Source of the DNA: Chiloscyllium plagiosum
Lineage: Eukaryota
Reading direction: 5' to 3'
NCBI RefSeq assembly: GCF_004010195.1
Contig: NC_057720.1
Span: 29,025,354 to 29,089,353 of the forward strand
Length of the DNA stretch: 64,000 nucleotides
The notes beneath the pieces are model-generated. The model was not told the origin of the DNA. It did not search any database and was given only the letters and a program-made list of their open reading frames with translations. Positions 13,632-64,000 of the stretch are shown in pieces; within the stretch, counting starts at the first letter, position 1; the number at the start of each line of letters is the position of its first letter. Made by a program: the position numbers and the translations under genes.

Positions 13632-14110
13632 TCCCTGTTTAACGTTTCCCTGAGGGCGGGGCTCACTGTGAAACGTTTCCCTGGGGGCGGGGCTCACTGT
13701 GAAACGTTTCCCTGGGGGCGGAGCTCCCTGAGAAACGTTTCCCTGTGGGCGGGGCTCACTGTAAGGCGTTCCCCTGTGGGCGGGGCTCCCTGTGCAACGT
13801 TTCCCCTGTCGGAGGGGCGCAGTGAGGCGTTTCCCTAGGGGCGGGGCTCACTGTAAGGCGTTCTCCTGGGAGCGGGGCTCCCTGTGAAACGTTTCCCCGG
13901 GGGCGGGGCTCACTGTGGGGCGTTTCCCTGTGGGGCGGGGCTCACTGTGGGGCGTTTCCCTGTGGGGCGGTCCCCCGGGGGCGGGGCGCACTGTGGGGCG
14001 TTTCCCTAGGGGTGGGCCTCCCTGTTTGCGTTGACTGGGGGCGGGGCTCTCAGTGAAACCTTCCCCTGGGGGCGTGCGATTCACCGTGCACGTACCTCCG
14101 GAGGCGGGAC
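13632..14110. repeat. GC-rich minisatellite, ~31 bp unit, ~15-16 copies
   Basis: Consensus TCACTGTGAAACGTTTCCCTGGGGGCGGGGC; most units contain a GC box or close variant. Confidence 0.95.
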
Positions 14111-14240
14111 TCCCTGTTTACGTGCCCCGGAAGCGGTGCTCTGAGTCCGCGGGAACCTCTGCGGTACCCGTAGTTCGCAATGCGCAGGCGCATTGCCTGG
14201 CGGTAAATTTGAGTGAGAAGGAACGGGTGGAGAGGGATTC
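14070..14240 (+). promoter_or_regulatory. CpG-rich putative RAD54L promoter
   Basis: CpG-dense unique sequence about 1 kb upstream of the ATG exon. ETS/GABP CCGGAAG 14127-14133; NRF1 TGCGCAGGCGCA 14181-14192; TGGCGG-N4-TTTGAG 14198-14213 (CDE/CHR-like). Confidence 0.75.
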
Positions 14241-15217
14241 GAGAGAGATAGAGGAGTATTGTGATTATCTGCCAGTTTTATGGGGACTGGGGCAATACTG
14301 TAGGGGGGCGTTGGGGTAATGAGACATTTGACATACCGTGAAAAAGAGAGGACCAGAGGAATAGGAGCGAGTGAGAGATAACCCAAGGACAGGGTCACAC
14401 GGGGAGTGAGTGGGAAAGTGGGTCAGACACTGACACAGGGAAAGTGAGCTTCTCCCTATGGATTTACACAAGCGGACAACTATAATCTCGGGATTGTAAC
14501 AGTCAAAATCAAATGGGAGAGGAGCTCATGTATAATCTAGGTATTGGGACAGTTTGAGTTTGATACACCGCGAATTCACCGCTGCTTTGTTATGTTGAGG
14601 AATGAGGCAAATCAAGAATTTTACAGTGACCTGATCAATTAATGGATTGTGAGCTAATTATGTTATATTTGATAGTGGGTATACTATAATTGAGATTAAT
14701 TATATTTATCGATAAAGAATATTTGATATCAAAATACAAAATTGAGATTGTGAAAATAAATAACACTTATTTAAAAAATAACAATTATTGATGAGAGGGG
14801 GTGAAGCAGACAAGCTCGATTTTAGGTTGAAGCATTGAAATAGTATTTCTAAGGGCACTGGAGTTTAGCAGTAATTGATGTTAGTCGATGATCATCCAAA
14901 AAGACTAAGATATTAAGAGCAAAATCTGTTCGAAGTAAAATTTTATGTAGTGGAAGCTGGAAAAGCTACATAACATTAGACCTGATATTTTGACTCCCTG
15001 AAGTACTGAATCAACTTGACAATGGAATAGATGCAATGGAAGCTAAAGAAGTCTCACTGGTCAGTGATTATGACCTAGAAATTGGATGACACAAAGACTC
15101 CTGTGTTCACCTATCTCTTCAAGTAAACAACAACAACAACAAATTTTGATGAGAGAGACGAAACTAAAAACCGATTGAATAAGTTGTTGAATTGCATTGA
15201 AATCTTAGTTTCAGAAA

Positions 15218-53965
<38,748 letters not shown>

Positions 53966-54590
53966 GATGGACAATTTCAGGTACAAATTGTCATGAAAAA
54001 TGACTTCTTGTTAACCAATGGCATGTGAAATTAATTTCATGTCAGCCCAGTCTGCTTGAATACAGATTTGACTGTGCTGTGCTTTCAGTGGAGCCCATGG
54101 AATTTGAATGAGCATCAGCAGGTTCCTTGGTCTAACTTCACTTCAACCTATAATTGTAAATTGAAGCGCCACTGCCTTGTGTATGTGGTTAAACTATTCA
54201 CTCTTGGAAATGCTCTTGGACATTGTTTATTTTCATTTGAAATACTACTGAGACTTCTCCCCTCTAATAGAACATGAAGGACTGGACATCATATTACACA
54301 GAGGAGATATACAATCTATTGTGAATAGAGAAGTGTTTTCCTGAACTGTTTTTGTAAATATTGTTTAAGGCATTGTTACGTTTTGATCTACAGAGGAAAT
54401 CAGTGGCACTAAAGTGTGGATATAGTATTTTCAGTTTCCCTTTGAGAAAATTGATTTGACAATTAAGTCAGTTTGAGTATCTAATACAATCTTTCTTGAC
54501 TGTCACCTTTGCCCTTACAAAGTCAGTTTACATTATTTCCAGTGTGTTACTGAGAAACATTGGTCTCTGGAAAATGTACATTATCATTGT

Positions 54591-54596
54591 ATTAAA
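54591..54596 (+). promoter_or_regulatory. Candidate RAD54L polyadenylation signal (ATTAAA)
   Basis: ATTAAA about 630 bp after the stop, followed by T/GT-rich sequence. Confidence 0.4.
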
Positions 54597-55609
54597 TATT
54601 TTCTTCATTTTGTTTTAATGAAATTGTAGTTTTTTATTATTTTTGTTTGACTTAAAGCACTATGGAGTGAACTTTCCCATTCTTTGGAGACAGGCAGAGA
54701 GACAGGAGTAGTGGCAATGTCTGGCTAAGTCTTCAGGTGATCAGTTTTCTGTCTTTCTGCACCTCATATGCTTCCTTAACCACCTACTTTATCTACCTGT
54801 CCTAGTCCCTCCAAGGATCTATGGACATGCACACCAAGGTCCCTTTGACATACTGGAAAAACAATGTGAACTCTGTTGCCTTGTTAGTCCTCCCAAAATA
54901 CATCACCTCACACATTGTTAAATTCTTTATGCCACTGCTCAGAACAATATACACAGGCTGTAGTGTAAGGATCTCCTTGCTATTTACACCAGAAATGTCT
55001 CATCTGTGAACATACCGATCATATCCTCCACATTCATGTCTTTTCTTGTCATAATAAGCATCCTCCCTGGTTAACTATAGAACAGAGCACTGCAAATTCT
55101 CCTTCACCCTATTTTAGTTGCTGAGACTGCAAGATCTGTATTACTACCAATGAAATCAGACGTCCAAAGCACAAGGCAGAAAGTTTCCTTAATTCAAAAG
55201 AAAGGTAGATTTGTACAAAGGTATAAATTCTTGAGCATCTGAAAAACTGATTGTCAAAAGAGTATTAAAGTCCATACACTAAGGCCCCATTCATCTCTCC
55301 TATGAGAATTATTACAGGGTAAATGATATTAAGATGATCAGTACAAACAACATAACCAACAGCTAAAAAATGCCCTACAACTTCTGCATTGCAGATTACC
55401 TCTCTTGGGGAAATATTGCAAATGGCCAATACGTGGAGGCCAGTTGTAAAATTTAGTTCAGAAAATTAGGGACCATTTGTGCCAAACACACACGTTCAAA
55501 GTATCCAAAGTTGATGCAGCTGCAGAAACTCCCTCAAGCACAAAAAATTAGTGTGAACTGCCAGTTCCATGGACCTCCTTGCAGTCTCCTCAGTCATGAG
55601 GACCCACAA

Positions 55610-56665
55610 AAAACGATCAAAGATTTTTCTCTCATTATTAATGATCCAGCCTTTTGTATAGAGGGCACAACTTTGAAATTTGAAGATGATATAAAACTTG
55701 GTATTATGAACTATGAGGAGAATGGTGATAAACTTCAGGAAGACATGGACAGGATGTTGGAATAGGTAGACATAGTGTAAATGTATGTTGGTGACGAGTT
55801 GTGTGAAGTGAGAGAGTTTGGTAGGAAGAATGAAGAAAAGCAATGTAATATAAAGGATACAATTCCAAAGTGGGCATTGGAACAGCGATCTATGAATATA
55901 TTCTTTAGAACAAAGTGGAAAAACCCTAACTAAAGAATGAACCGCCCTTAATGGGACACTGTAGCAAAAAAAAACACTACAAAGAAAATATATCAAACTG
56001 AAATAATTTTGCTGGGGCTAGATCTGTGAGTGTATGTACACAAGTTATTGATGGTGCCAGGGCAGTTTGAGAATTTGGTTAAACAGACGGAAATGATCCT
56101 GAGCTTAATAAATGAAGGCACAGAGGATAAAAGTGAATTATGAACCACCTTTATAAAACATAGGTTCAGCTTAAATCTAAGCAACATATTTAAGAAAGGA
56201 CATAAAGATTTTAGGAAGGATACAAAAAAGATTTACAAGAATGGCTCCAGGGCTAAGAAAGTTCAGTTACAATGATAGGCTGGAGAAGCTGAAGTTGTTT
56301 TCCCGAGGGAACAGAAAACAGATTTGATAGAGGTATTCTTGAGGGTCTGGATAGAGAGAAACTAATCCCATTGGTAGAAGAACCAAAAGCCTGAGAGGAC
56401 AAATTTGAAGTGATTGGGGGAATAAAGGCACAAAGGAAAATCTTCATTGCGTTGTGAATGTTTTGGAATCTGGAACAAGGGTCAAGGAGGCAGATTTAAT
56501 CGTGACTTTCAAAGGGAATTGGATAAACACCTGAGAGAGAAAAAAATAAATTGCAGAGTAACTTCAAAAGATTTGAGCAAGTGGGATTAAATTGCTCTTT
56601 CAGAGAGCTAACATGGACTCAATGAGCTGAATTGTCTTGTCTTGGGCTATGACCATTCTATGGTT
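55610..56665 (+). mobile_element. Old CR1 3' fragment
   Basis: KFEDDIKLG...LQEDMDR remnant. Confidence 0.65.
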
Positions 56666-57271
56666 CTTTATTTGCAAGTGAAAGAACAAAACAAATAATT
56701 CCTATGTCTCCAAGTTAGATTTGAACTAGTTACTGCTGCTGTGAGGAACGTAGAAACAGGAGGAGGCCACTTTGGAATCACAGAAGATTTGGCCAATCAC
56801 GTCTGTATTAATCAAAAAACAACCATCCAACAGAATCAGATTTAAAATCATATCAAAATACTTCTTAAAATTGAAATATTCTGTCTCTGCTACTTTTCAG
56901 GCAATGATCTCCAATCCCCGTCGCCCTCTGTGTTTAAATATTTCCCCAAGTAATGCCTCTAAACCTTTGACTGCTTACCTTGAATCTATGCCTCCTGGTC
57001 ATGTGCCCCTTAGCCAAGTGAAACAAAGCCTTCCTCCAACTCTATCTAGACTATTTTTTAAAATTAATTGGGTCTTGATTCAGCTTCTGTTGAAACAAAA
57101 GAAATTAACCTTTCCATAATGTCCTCAAAGCAAGATTTTGGTGTCCAAGTAGCAACCTCCTGGATGTCCCCCACATCCCTTCTAGTACAATTGCATCTCT
57201 TCATCCTTCAAACCTGTTCCACCATTCAATGAGATAATAACTGATTTGAAACCAACTCCATATATCTGCCT

Positions 57272-58609
57272 TGTCATGAAGGTGTAGAAGTGTACTGTAC
57301 CTTTAAGAGAGTGAAGGACTTGGCAAGCATACGGAGTGCTAGAGAATTTACAAATGTAACATTTGGTTCAGAACAGATAGCACTGGCTGAGTTGCCATGA
57401 GACAAAAATAAATTTGAATTCGGCCAATCAGTTGAATTGTACCCCGAAAATATGAAATTCCAATCAAGTTTGAATTTAGTATATTGACAATCTTAAAAGC
57501 CAATGACACAATCCAATGCTTTGGGGATATGAGACCGGGAAAAATTGAACATTTGGGAGGAGAACTGCCGAGTCAATGACATCTACAAACTGACCAGAGA
57601 ATATCTCTCTTAAAGTTATCTTTATCAATCAGTAACCTGTGTAGCAGAATCCCCGAGAAGAAAAGAGAGCAATACAGAGAAGAACCGAAAGCTGCCTGGT
57701 TTTGAGATAAGTTTCGTTTTGTAAATCTTAATTGGGGTTTTATTGGATTAGTATTGTAGGGGGGGGGGGGGGGGGAGTAAAAGATAGGTTAGAGGAAGGA
57801 GTTGTAAATAGTTGTTAGTTAATTATTCTCTGTTACACTTTAAGAAATAAATTTTTTTTTTTCCTTCTTGGCTACTCAAATTTTCACAGATTATTGCATG
57901 GGATAAATCTTTTCTGTGTTTCTGGGTTAAATTAAGCAGGAGGATTTACCTCGTGTCATAACAGTTAACTGTTAAATATGTTAAACAGGTAAATCCTCCT
58001 GCATAATTTAACCCAGCAACACAGAAAAGATTTATCTCGTGTAGTAATCTGTGAAAATTTGAGTGGCCAACAACTATTTAAAGTAAAAAAAATTATTTCT
58101 TAAAGTGTAACAGAGAATAATTAACTAACAACTATTTACAACTCCTTCTTCTAACCTATCTTTTACCTTCCCCCTCTACAATACTAGTCCAATAAAATCC
58201 CTGATTAAGATTTACAAAACAAAACTTCTTATCTCAAAACCAGACAGCTTTCAGTTCTTCTCTGTATTGCTGTCTTCTTGGGGATTTTGCTTCACAGGTT
58301 ACTGATCGATAAAGGTATCTTTAAGAGAGCTATTCTCTGGGCAGTTTGCAGAAGTCATTGGGTTGGCAGTTCTCCTCCCAACTGTTCAATTTTCCACAGT
58401 CTTATACCCCAAAGCATTGATTGGAATTTAGTATTTTTGGGGTATAGTTTAAACTGATTGACCAAATTCAAATTTGTTTTTGTCTCAAAGTATCTCAGCC
58501 AGTGCTATCTGTTCTGAACCAAATGTTAATTGTAAATTCTCCAGCATTTGGTGTGCTTGCCAAGTCCTTCACTCTCAAAGGTACAGTACACTTTTACACT
58601 TTCATAACA
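57272..58609. mobile_element. Two LTR-like units in inverted orientation (57272-57963 +, ~57988-58609 -)
   Basis: Arms are diverged reverse complements; TGT...ACA termini; CCAAT boxes, TATA-like motif and AATAAA inside. Confidence 0.88.
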
Positions 58610-61567
58610 ACCTTTACCCTCAAACTCTGAAACTTAGGTGAACAAAAGTATACTAATCACTGATTTAAAATTAATAATTGGTCTAAAATCAACAGCTGTT
58701 CATTGAAGATTTCCTAATTCCCACTACCCTTTGTGTGGAGGAGTTTCATAATTTCATTGCTGGAAGGTGTGGCTCCAATTATTGCACTATGCCATCTAGT
58801 CCTAGACTCCTCCAAACAGTAGAGATTTCTCACATACCTGCTCCCTTGCAATATTGCAACCTTTCATCTGATAATCACTTTCTAAATTCCAGGGATTATA
58901 ACTATATGCAATCTCTCCATCTGAAATCTTGGAGTTTATGCTTCAGTCTGGTAAATATTGTGCTCTCCTCAAGGCCAACATATCCTAAAATGCCAGAATT
59001 GCTGACAGTACTCCAAACCTGTGGTGTACTAGGTTTGCAGAGAGTTGCATAGCTACTGATCCTTTATATTCTTACCTTCTTGCATCATGCTTTGTTTGTA
59101 TCTTTATAAAGTATTTTGCCAATTTTCCTATCCCTGAAATTGAATTACCAGAGTTTTACCAATATACATAATATTTACACTTCTTACCATGTGTCACTGA
59201 GAAATATGATGAGACCTATCACATACTCTTAAGTGTTCATAAATACAGTGAACAGTGTGGCCCCAAGACAAATCCTTGTGAGATACCAATTAACATATCC
59301 TGAAAATTAGCACCACTGTATCCTGCCAATTTCTCAATTTACCTTCAATTCCATGAACTTCAACTTTAGCCAAGTCTTTCATAAGGGACTTTATCAAATA
59401 CCTTCTGGACATCAATTAAATAAATTTGATTGCCTGTCCCTTCCAATTCAGTTATTTTCCAGACACTGCAGGCATGATGTATTCTCTCCAAACCCATACT
59501 ATCATCAGCCTGAAATGTTTACTGTTCCTCTCACTAAAACTTTGGCTGACGGACTCAGTATTTCCAACAATTTCAGTTTGCAAGATTATCATTTTTTTAA
59601 TTAATTTCGTAAGTTCCCTGCATAAATTCAAGGTTCTAAAAGATGAGAGACTTGACAAACAATCCAGGTCTTTTTCAATATGTAATTTCAGTTACATCAC
59701 ACTAAACTTTAGCTACAAATTCTGTCTTACGATCTTACACTCCACAACCACCTGATAAAGCAGCAGCATTTCAAAATCTAGTGCTTCCAAATAAATCTGT
59801 TGGACTATAACCTGGTGTTATGCGATTTTTAACTTCCAAAATTGAATGCTTTCTTGGAATGTCTAGCATATTATCTTCTGTAAATACATATTATTCACCA
59901 TTTCTTGATTTTCACTGATATCAGTTTTCAGGGGCTTATGTTGTTCATGACCATACTAGCTTTCCCCAATATTAAAAGATTTTGTTCAATTTTGATATCA
60001 CTTGCAACTTACTGTTTTCACAATTTTTAACTAACTTTTTGTCACTCTCTGGTATCCTTTTATATTTCTCCCATTCAAAAAGCATGTGGGCTTTTATTTT
60101 GAATTTGTGTTTTTCTTAGTTTTACATTGCCTACTTCCCTTTTATTTGTTTATGGCATTTAAGCGTCTTCGGAAAATAATCTGATTCTGCATCAATAATT
60201 TATTGTTGAATTCCTCAGATGTTTCCGGTTCACTGTAAACTGTCTTCCTTTTATCATATTGATATGAGATTATCCAAAACCAGAATCTTTGTAACTGTTG
60301 CCCAAAATCACAATATTAACATTACAGTTGCAAAAATGAGTTATATTGGACTTAAAATGTTGACTCTGCCTCTCTCTCTCTCCAATGATACTGCCAGACC
60401 TGCTGCATTTCTCCAGCATTTTCTGTTGAATTTTGCTTTTAATTAATGATACATGGTGGATTATATTTTTTTTTTATTGAACCAGCTCCCTCAGAGCAAG
60501 CTGAGTGAACAGAACCTCTGACACTCCTGTTTTTTTTTCTTTTTTTTTTACACACTACCGCCTATCTGCAGTAGTGCTTATTTTACAGGATGCATTATAT
60601 ATTGTGATTGTCTTCCATCTCATTGGAGGAGGATGGTCAACACTCATATATATTGCCTGATGTAGTTCAGGAACCCCATTCTGGCATGGCAATCTCTACC
60701 CATTTGCTGTAGAGTAAGACAGTGGGCAGAGAAGATGCAGTGGCCTGTTTTCTCTGGGCCTGGTTTTCATTTAATTTCTGCTCCCTCTTCCACTGCCCTA
60801 CTGAACAATTAGCCTCCAGAGGTCACAGCTGTCAGTGTCAAGATCCACCATCTTTGATTGCAGGGATCTCTGTTAAGGTAATGGATGCTAGAAAGCTGTG
60901 ATCCAGTGATCGATTCACCATACAGGTTATACAGCCATCATAATGGCTATGTAAAGCTAAGCTTAAATCACATTCGTGTATGCAATCAAAATAAGCTACT
61001 TTTCAGAGCAAAGAACTTTATGAACAGAACAAAGTTCACAATAATTAGAATGTTAAAACATTATCTAGAAAACAATGTTAGGGGATCAGTAGAAGTTGTT
61101 TACTAACACTGTAGCTCAACATGTTGTGAAGTGGTTGTCAACCCACCCTCAACAGAGGATAGCGCACCAGCTTCTTTCAAAAACAGAAAAACTAAAATAC
61201 TTTAGTACAAATTGCTACACTAAATAAATTCTAAAACAAAAACTAAGAAACAAAACCCAATTGCATCACTCATTTTCCCTCCCAAAATCATACAAAGTTA
61301 TGAAGTAGCCCATTATTTATACTGCCAGTGGTGCTCTGGACCAAGTTGGATCCTAAGCCAGCCAAGCAAGAAAGAATGATGATTTCTAAGTACATGATTG
61401 GCACATTTGTTTTTCTTGGGGTTGCATTCAGTCCTGTATAAATGCATGGAGACACTCCAATTGCAATAATCAGAATGGCGCAGGATGTACGTGAAGTAAA
61501 ATAATCAAACTATCTGAAGCTAGTAATTTGTAATAGTCCAGAACAAGGCCACTGGATGTTGGAATGT

Positions 61568-61808
61568 CTACATTACACTGATGTGGTCAGCAAATGCTTG
61601 CGATGGCTCAGTAAGAGACTGTATTGTGATGACATGACATTTGTTTTTGAAAAGTTCAAGTGCTTCCTGAGTAAGCGCTGGCTCTCTGAAGAACAAGTTC
61701 TCGCTTATGTTTAATTCCTTCAGTTTCAGCCCACCAAATTGTTCCGATTCAGAGGTCAGAAGTAGCTTTGCAAACTTGAGTAATCCATCTCCTCGAATAC
61801 AATTTGCA
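61568..61808 (-). CDS. LRRC41: LRRC41 (leucine-rich repeat-containing 41 / MUF1), last coding exon
   Basis: Minus strand ttgttttaaaag|T then ANCIRGDGLLKFAKLL...CHVITIQSLTEPSQAFADHISVM*. Resembles the human LRRC41 C-terminus (ANCIKPDGLLEFAK...SQAFADYVSTM, from memory). LRRC41 is the convergent neighbour of RAD54L in human. Confidence 0.9.
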
Positions 61809-62771
61809 CTTTTAAAACAAAATCATAAATGAGATTTCATTCATTTGAGTCATTAACCAATAATTCATTTTGTTGGGCCTATTATGTAATAAAGAGCTTT
61901 ACTAGTAGGGTTAAACATAATTAATTCAAATATCTAGTCAGCTTTGCTTCAAAAGTAACCTCAACTATGACTCAATCTCAAAATGTGGATTTGCCAATCA
62001 GACTGTCACTCTGCTCTGTTTACGACACCATTATGGAACTGGATAGCGATCCATCGCCTTTGAAATTAGCACAAAATTAAAATACTCCACTCATTTGTTA
62101 TATCTTTCAAATATTTCGGAAGACATAATAACCCATTGTTTTTCTCCGTGTATTACTGAATCATGTTAAAGTCTAAATAAATGCATATACTCTTAATGGT
62201 CTCTGCAGCTTGAAGACAGAATGTAAATCTCTGTTGGGCTAGGAAACAACAGCCATCAATGGTAGTTTACGTATAAACATAATATGCTACTCTGAAAAGT
62301 GAGGTACACCTAGGTAGAATGAAGCACATCAATTTGGTGCTGAATGAAAGTACATTCAAAACTGAGATCATCCACAATCTGGGTTACTGATCTCAGCTGT
62401 AGCAAACATTGGGAGCCTAGTCCCACTTCTACTAGAACACAAATCCTGGGCTGCCTCCCTTCATTTCAAAGTAACTAATTCCAAAACAATAAAAACAGAG
62501 GCCTGAAATTAGATGACCTAGCACATAAGCTGAGAACAACAGTGGAAGGTACAGCAAAGCAGAAATTTTGGAAAAGTGAATATAGGAAACTTATTTGAGG
62601 TTGAGTGAAGAGAAATGATCATCTCTAATTTTTATCATACTGAATGGTTAGCTACCACAAAAGGAGGGGTTTTGTTTCTGGTCCTGGAATGTGAACACAA
62701 GTAATTTCATGCCATTTTTAAAAACCTGAGAACAACCTTGAACCAAGTAATTACATCTTCTCAGCCAACTG

Positions 62772-63958
62772 GATTGATGAGAGCAGAGCGGTGGACGTGA
62801 TCTATATGGACTTCAGTAAGATGTTCGACAAGGTTCCCCATGGGAAACTGGTTAGCAAGGTTAGATCTCTCAGAATACAGGGAGAACTAGCCATTTGGAT
62901 ACAGAACTGGCTCAAAGGTAGAAGATGGTGGCAGAGGGTTGTTTTTCAGACTGGAGGCCTGTGACCAGTGGAGTGCCACAAGGATCGGTGCTGGGTCCAT
63001 TACTTTTCATCATTTATATAAAGGATTTGGATATGAACGTAGGAGGTATAGTTAGTATGTTTGCAGATAACTCCAAAATTGGAGGTGTAGAGGACAGCAA
63101 AGAAGGTTACCTCAGATTACTACAGGATCTTGATTAGGTGGGCCAATGGGCTGAGGAGTGGCAGATGGAGTTTAATTTAGGTAATGTGAGGTGCTGCATT
63201 TTGAGAAAGCAAGTCAGAGCAGGATTTATTCGTTCAATAGTAAGGTCCTAGGGAGTGTTGCTGAACAAAGAGACCTTGGAGCGCAGGTTCATAGCTCCTT
63301 GAAATAGAGTCGCAGGGAGATAGGATAGTGAAGATGATGTTTGGTATGTTTTCCTTTATTGGTCAGAGTATTGAGTACAGGAGTTGGGAGGTCATGTTGC
63401 GGCTGTACAGGACATTGGTTCGGCCACTTTTGGAATATTGCATGCAATTCTCGTCTCCTTCCTATTGGAAGGATGTTGTGAAACTTGAAAGGGTTCAGAA
63501 AACATTTACACGGACGTTGCCAGGGTTGGAGGCTGAATAAGCTGGGGCTGTTTTCCCTGGAGCGTCGGAGGCTGAGGGGTGATCTTATAGAGGTTTACAA
63601 AATGATGAGGGACATGCATAGGCTAAATAGACAAAGTCTTTTCCCTGGTGTGGAGGGAATCCAGAACTAGAGGGCATAGGTTTAGGGGAAAGGGGGAAAA
63701 ATATAAAAGGGACCTAAGGGGCAATGTTTTCACACAGAGAGTGGTGCGTATATGAAATGAACTGCCAGAGGAAGTGGTGGAGACTGGTACAATTCCAACA
63801 TTTAAAAGGCATTTGGATGGGTATATGAATAGGAAGAGTTTAGAGAGATATAGGCCAAGTGCTGGCAAATAGGACTAGATTAGATTGGGATATCTGGTCA
63901 GCATAGGCAAGTTGGACTGAAGGGTCCGTTTCCATGGTGTACATCTCTATGACTATAT
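62772..63958 (+). mobile_element. CR1 3' fragment
   Basis: TSGVPQGSVLGP, RPLLEYC, ctctatgactat tail; probably within an LRRC41 intron. Confidence 0.93.
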
Positions 63959-64000
63959 AACTACAGAATGGTGCACATGGAATGAAGAAAGATATTCTAA

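Noticed and set aside
13608..14398. Pro/Gly/Arg-rich ORFs; CRISPR-like periodicity
   Set aside because: Produced by the GC-rich minisatellite and CpG island; units are contiguous with no unique spacers, and the DNA is vertebrate.
14705..14716. Palindrome TTTATCGATAAA (DRE-like)
   Set aside because: Short palindrome in AT-rich DNA; TATCGATA is the insect motif and chance is sufficient.

Overview
Eukaryotic (vertebrate) genomic DNA with two assembly gaps. The repeat content (HE1/V-SINEs, Deu-domain SINEs, abundant CR1-type LINEs, Penelope-like elements) suggests a cartilaginous fish such as a shark; this is an inference. The window holds the RAD54L gene on the + strand: 18 coding exons from an ATG-only exon at 15218-15220 to the stop at 53965, with part of coding exon 3 lost in a gap. 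It is preceded by a CpG-rich promoter with a GC-box minisatellite and NRF1, ETS and CDE/CHR-like motifs. The last coding exon of LRRC41 lies convergent on the - strand (61568-61808) and is missing from the ORF track. The rest is mostly decayed transposable elements, often nested. The most unusual structures are: a 1.3 kb palindrome of two inverted LTR-like units apparently inserted as one piece; a 5S rRNA-like plus tRNA-like composite with a short-LTR element abutting the 5S start; several degenerate minimal hammerhead motifs and palindromes from Penelope-like elements; and a Penelope element that splits the promoter minisatellite. I see no evidence for a novel protein-coding system. Comparisons with human sequences and repeat consensuses are from memory, not from searches, and repeat boundaries are approximate.
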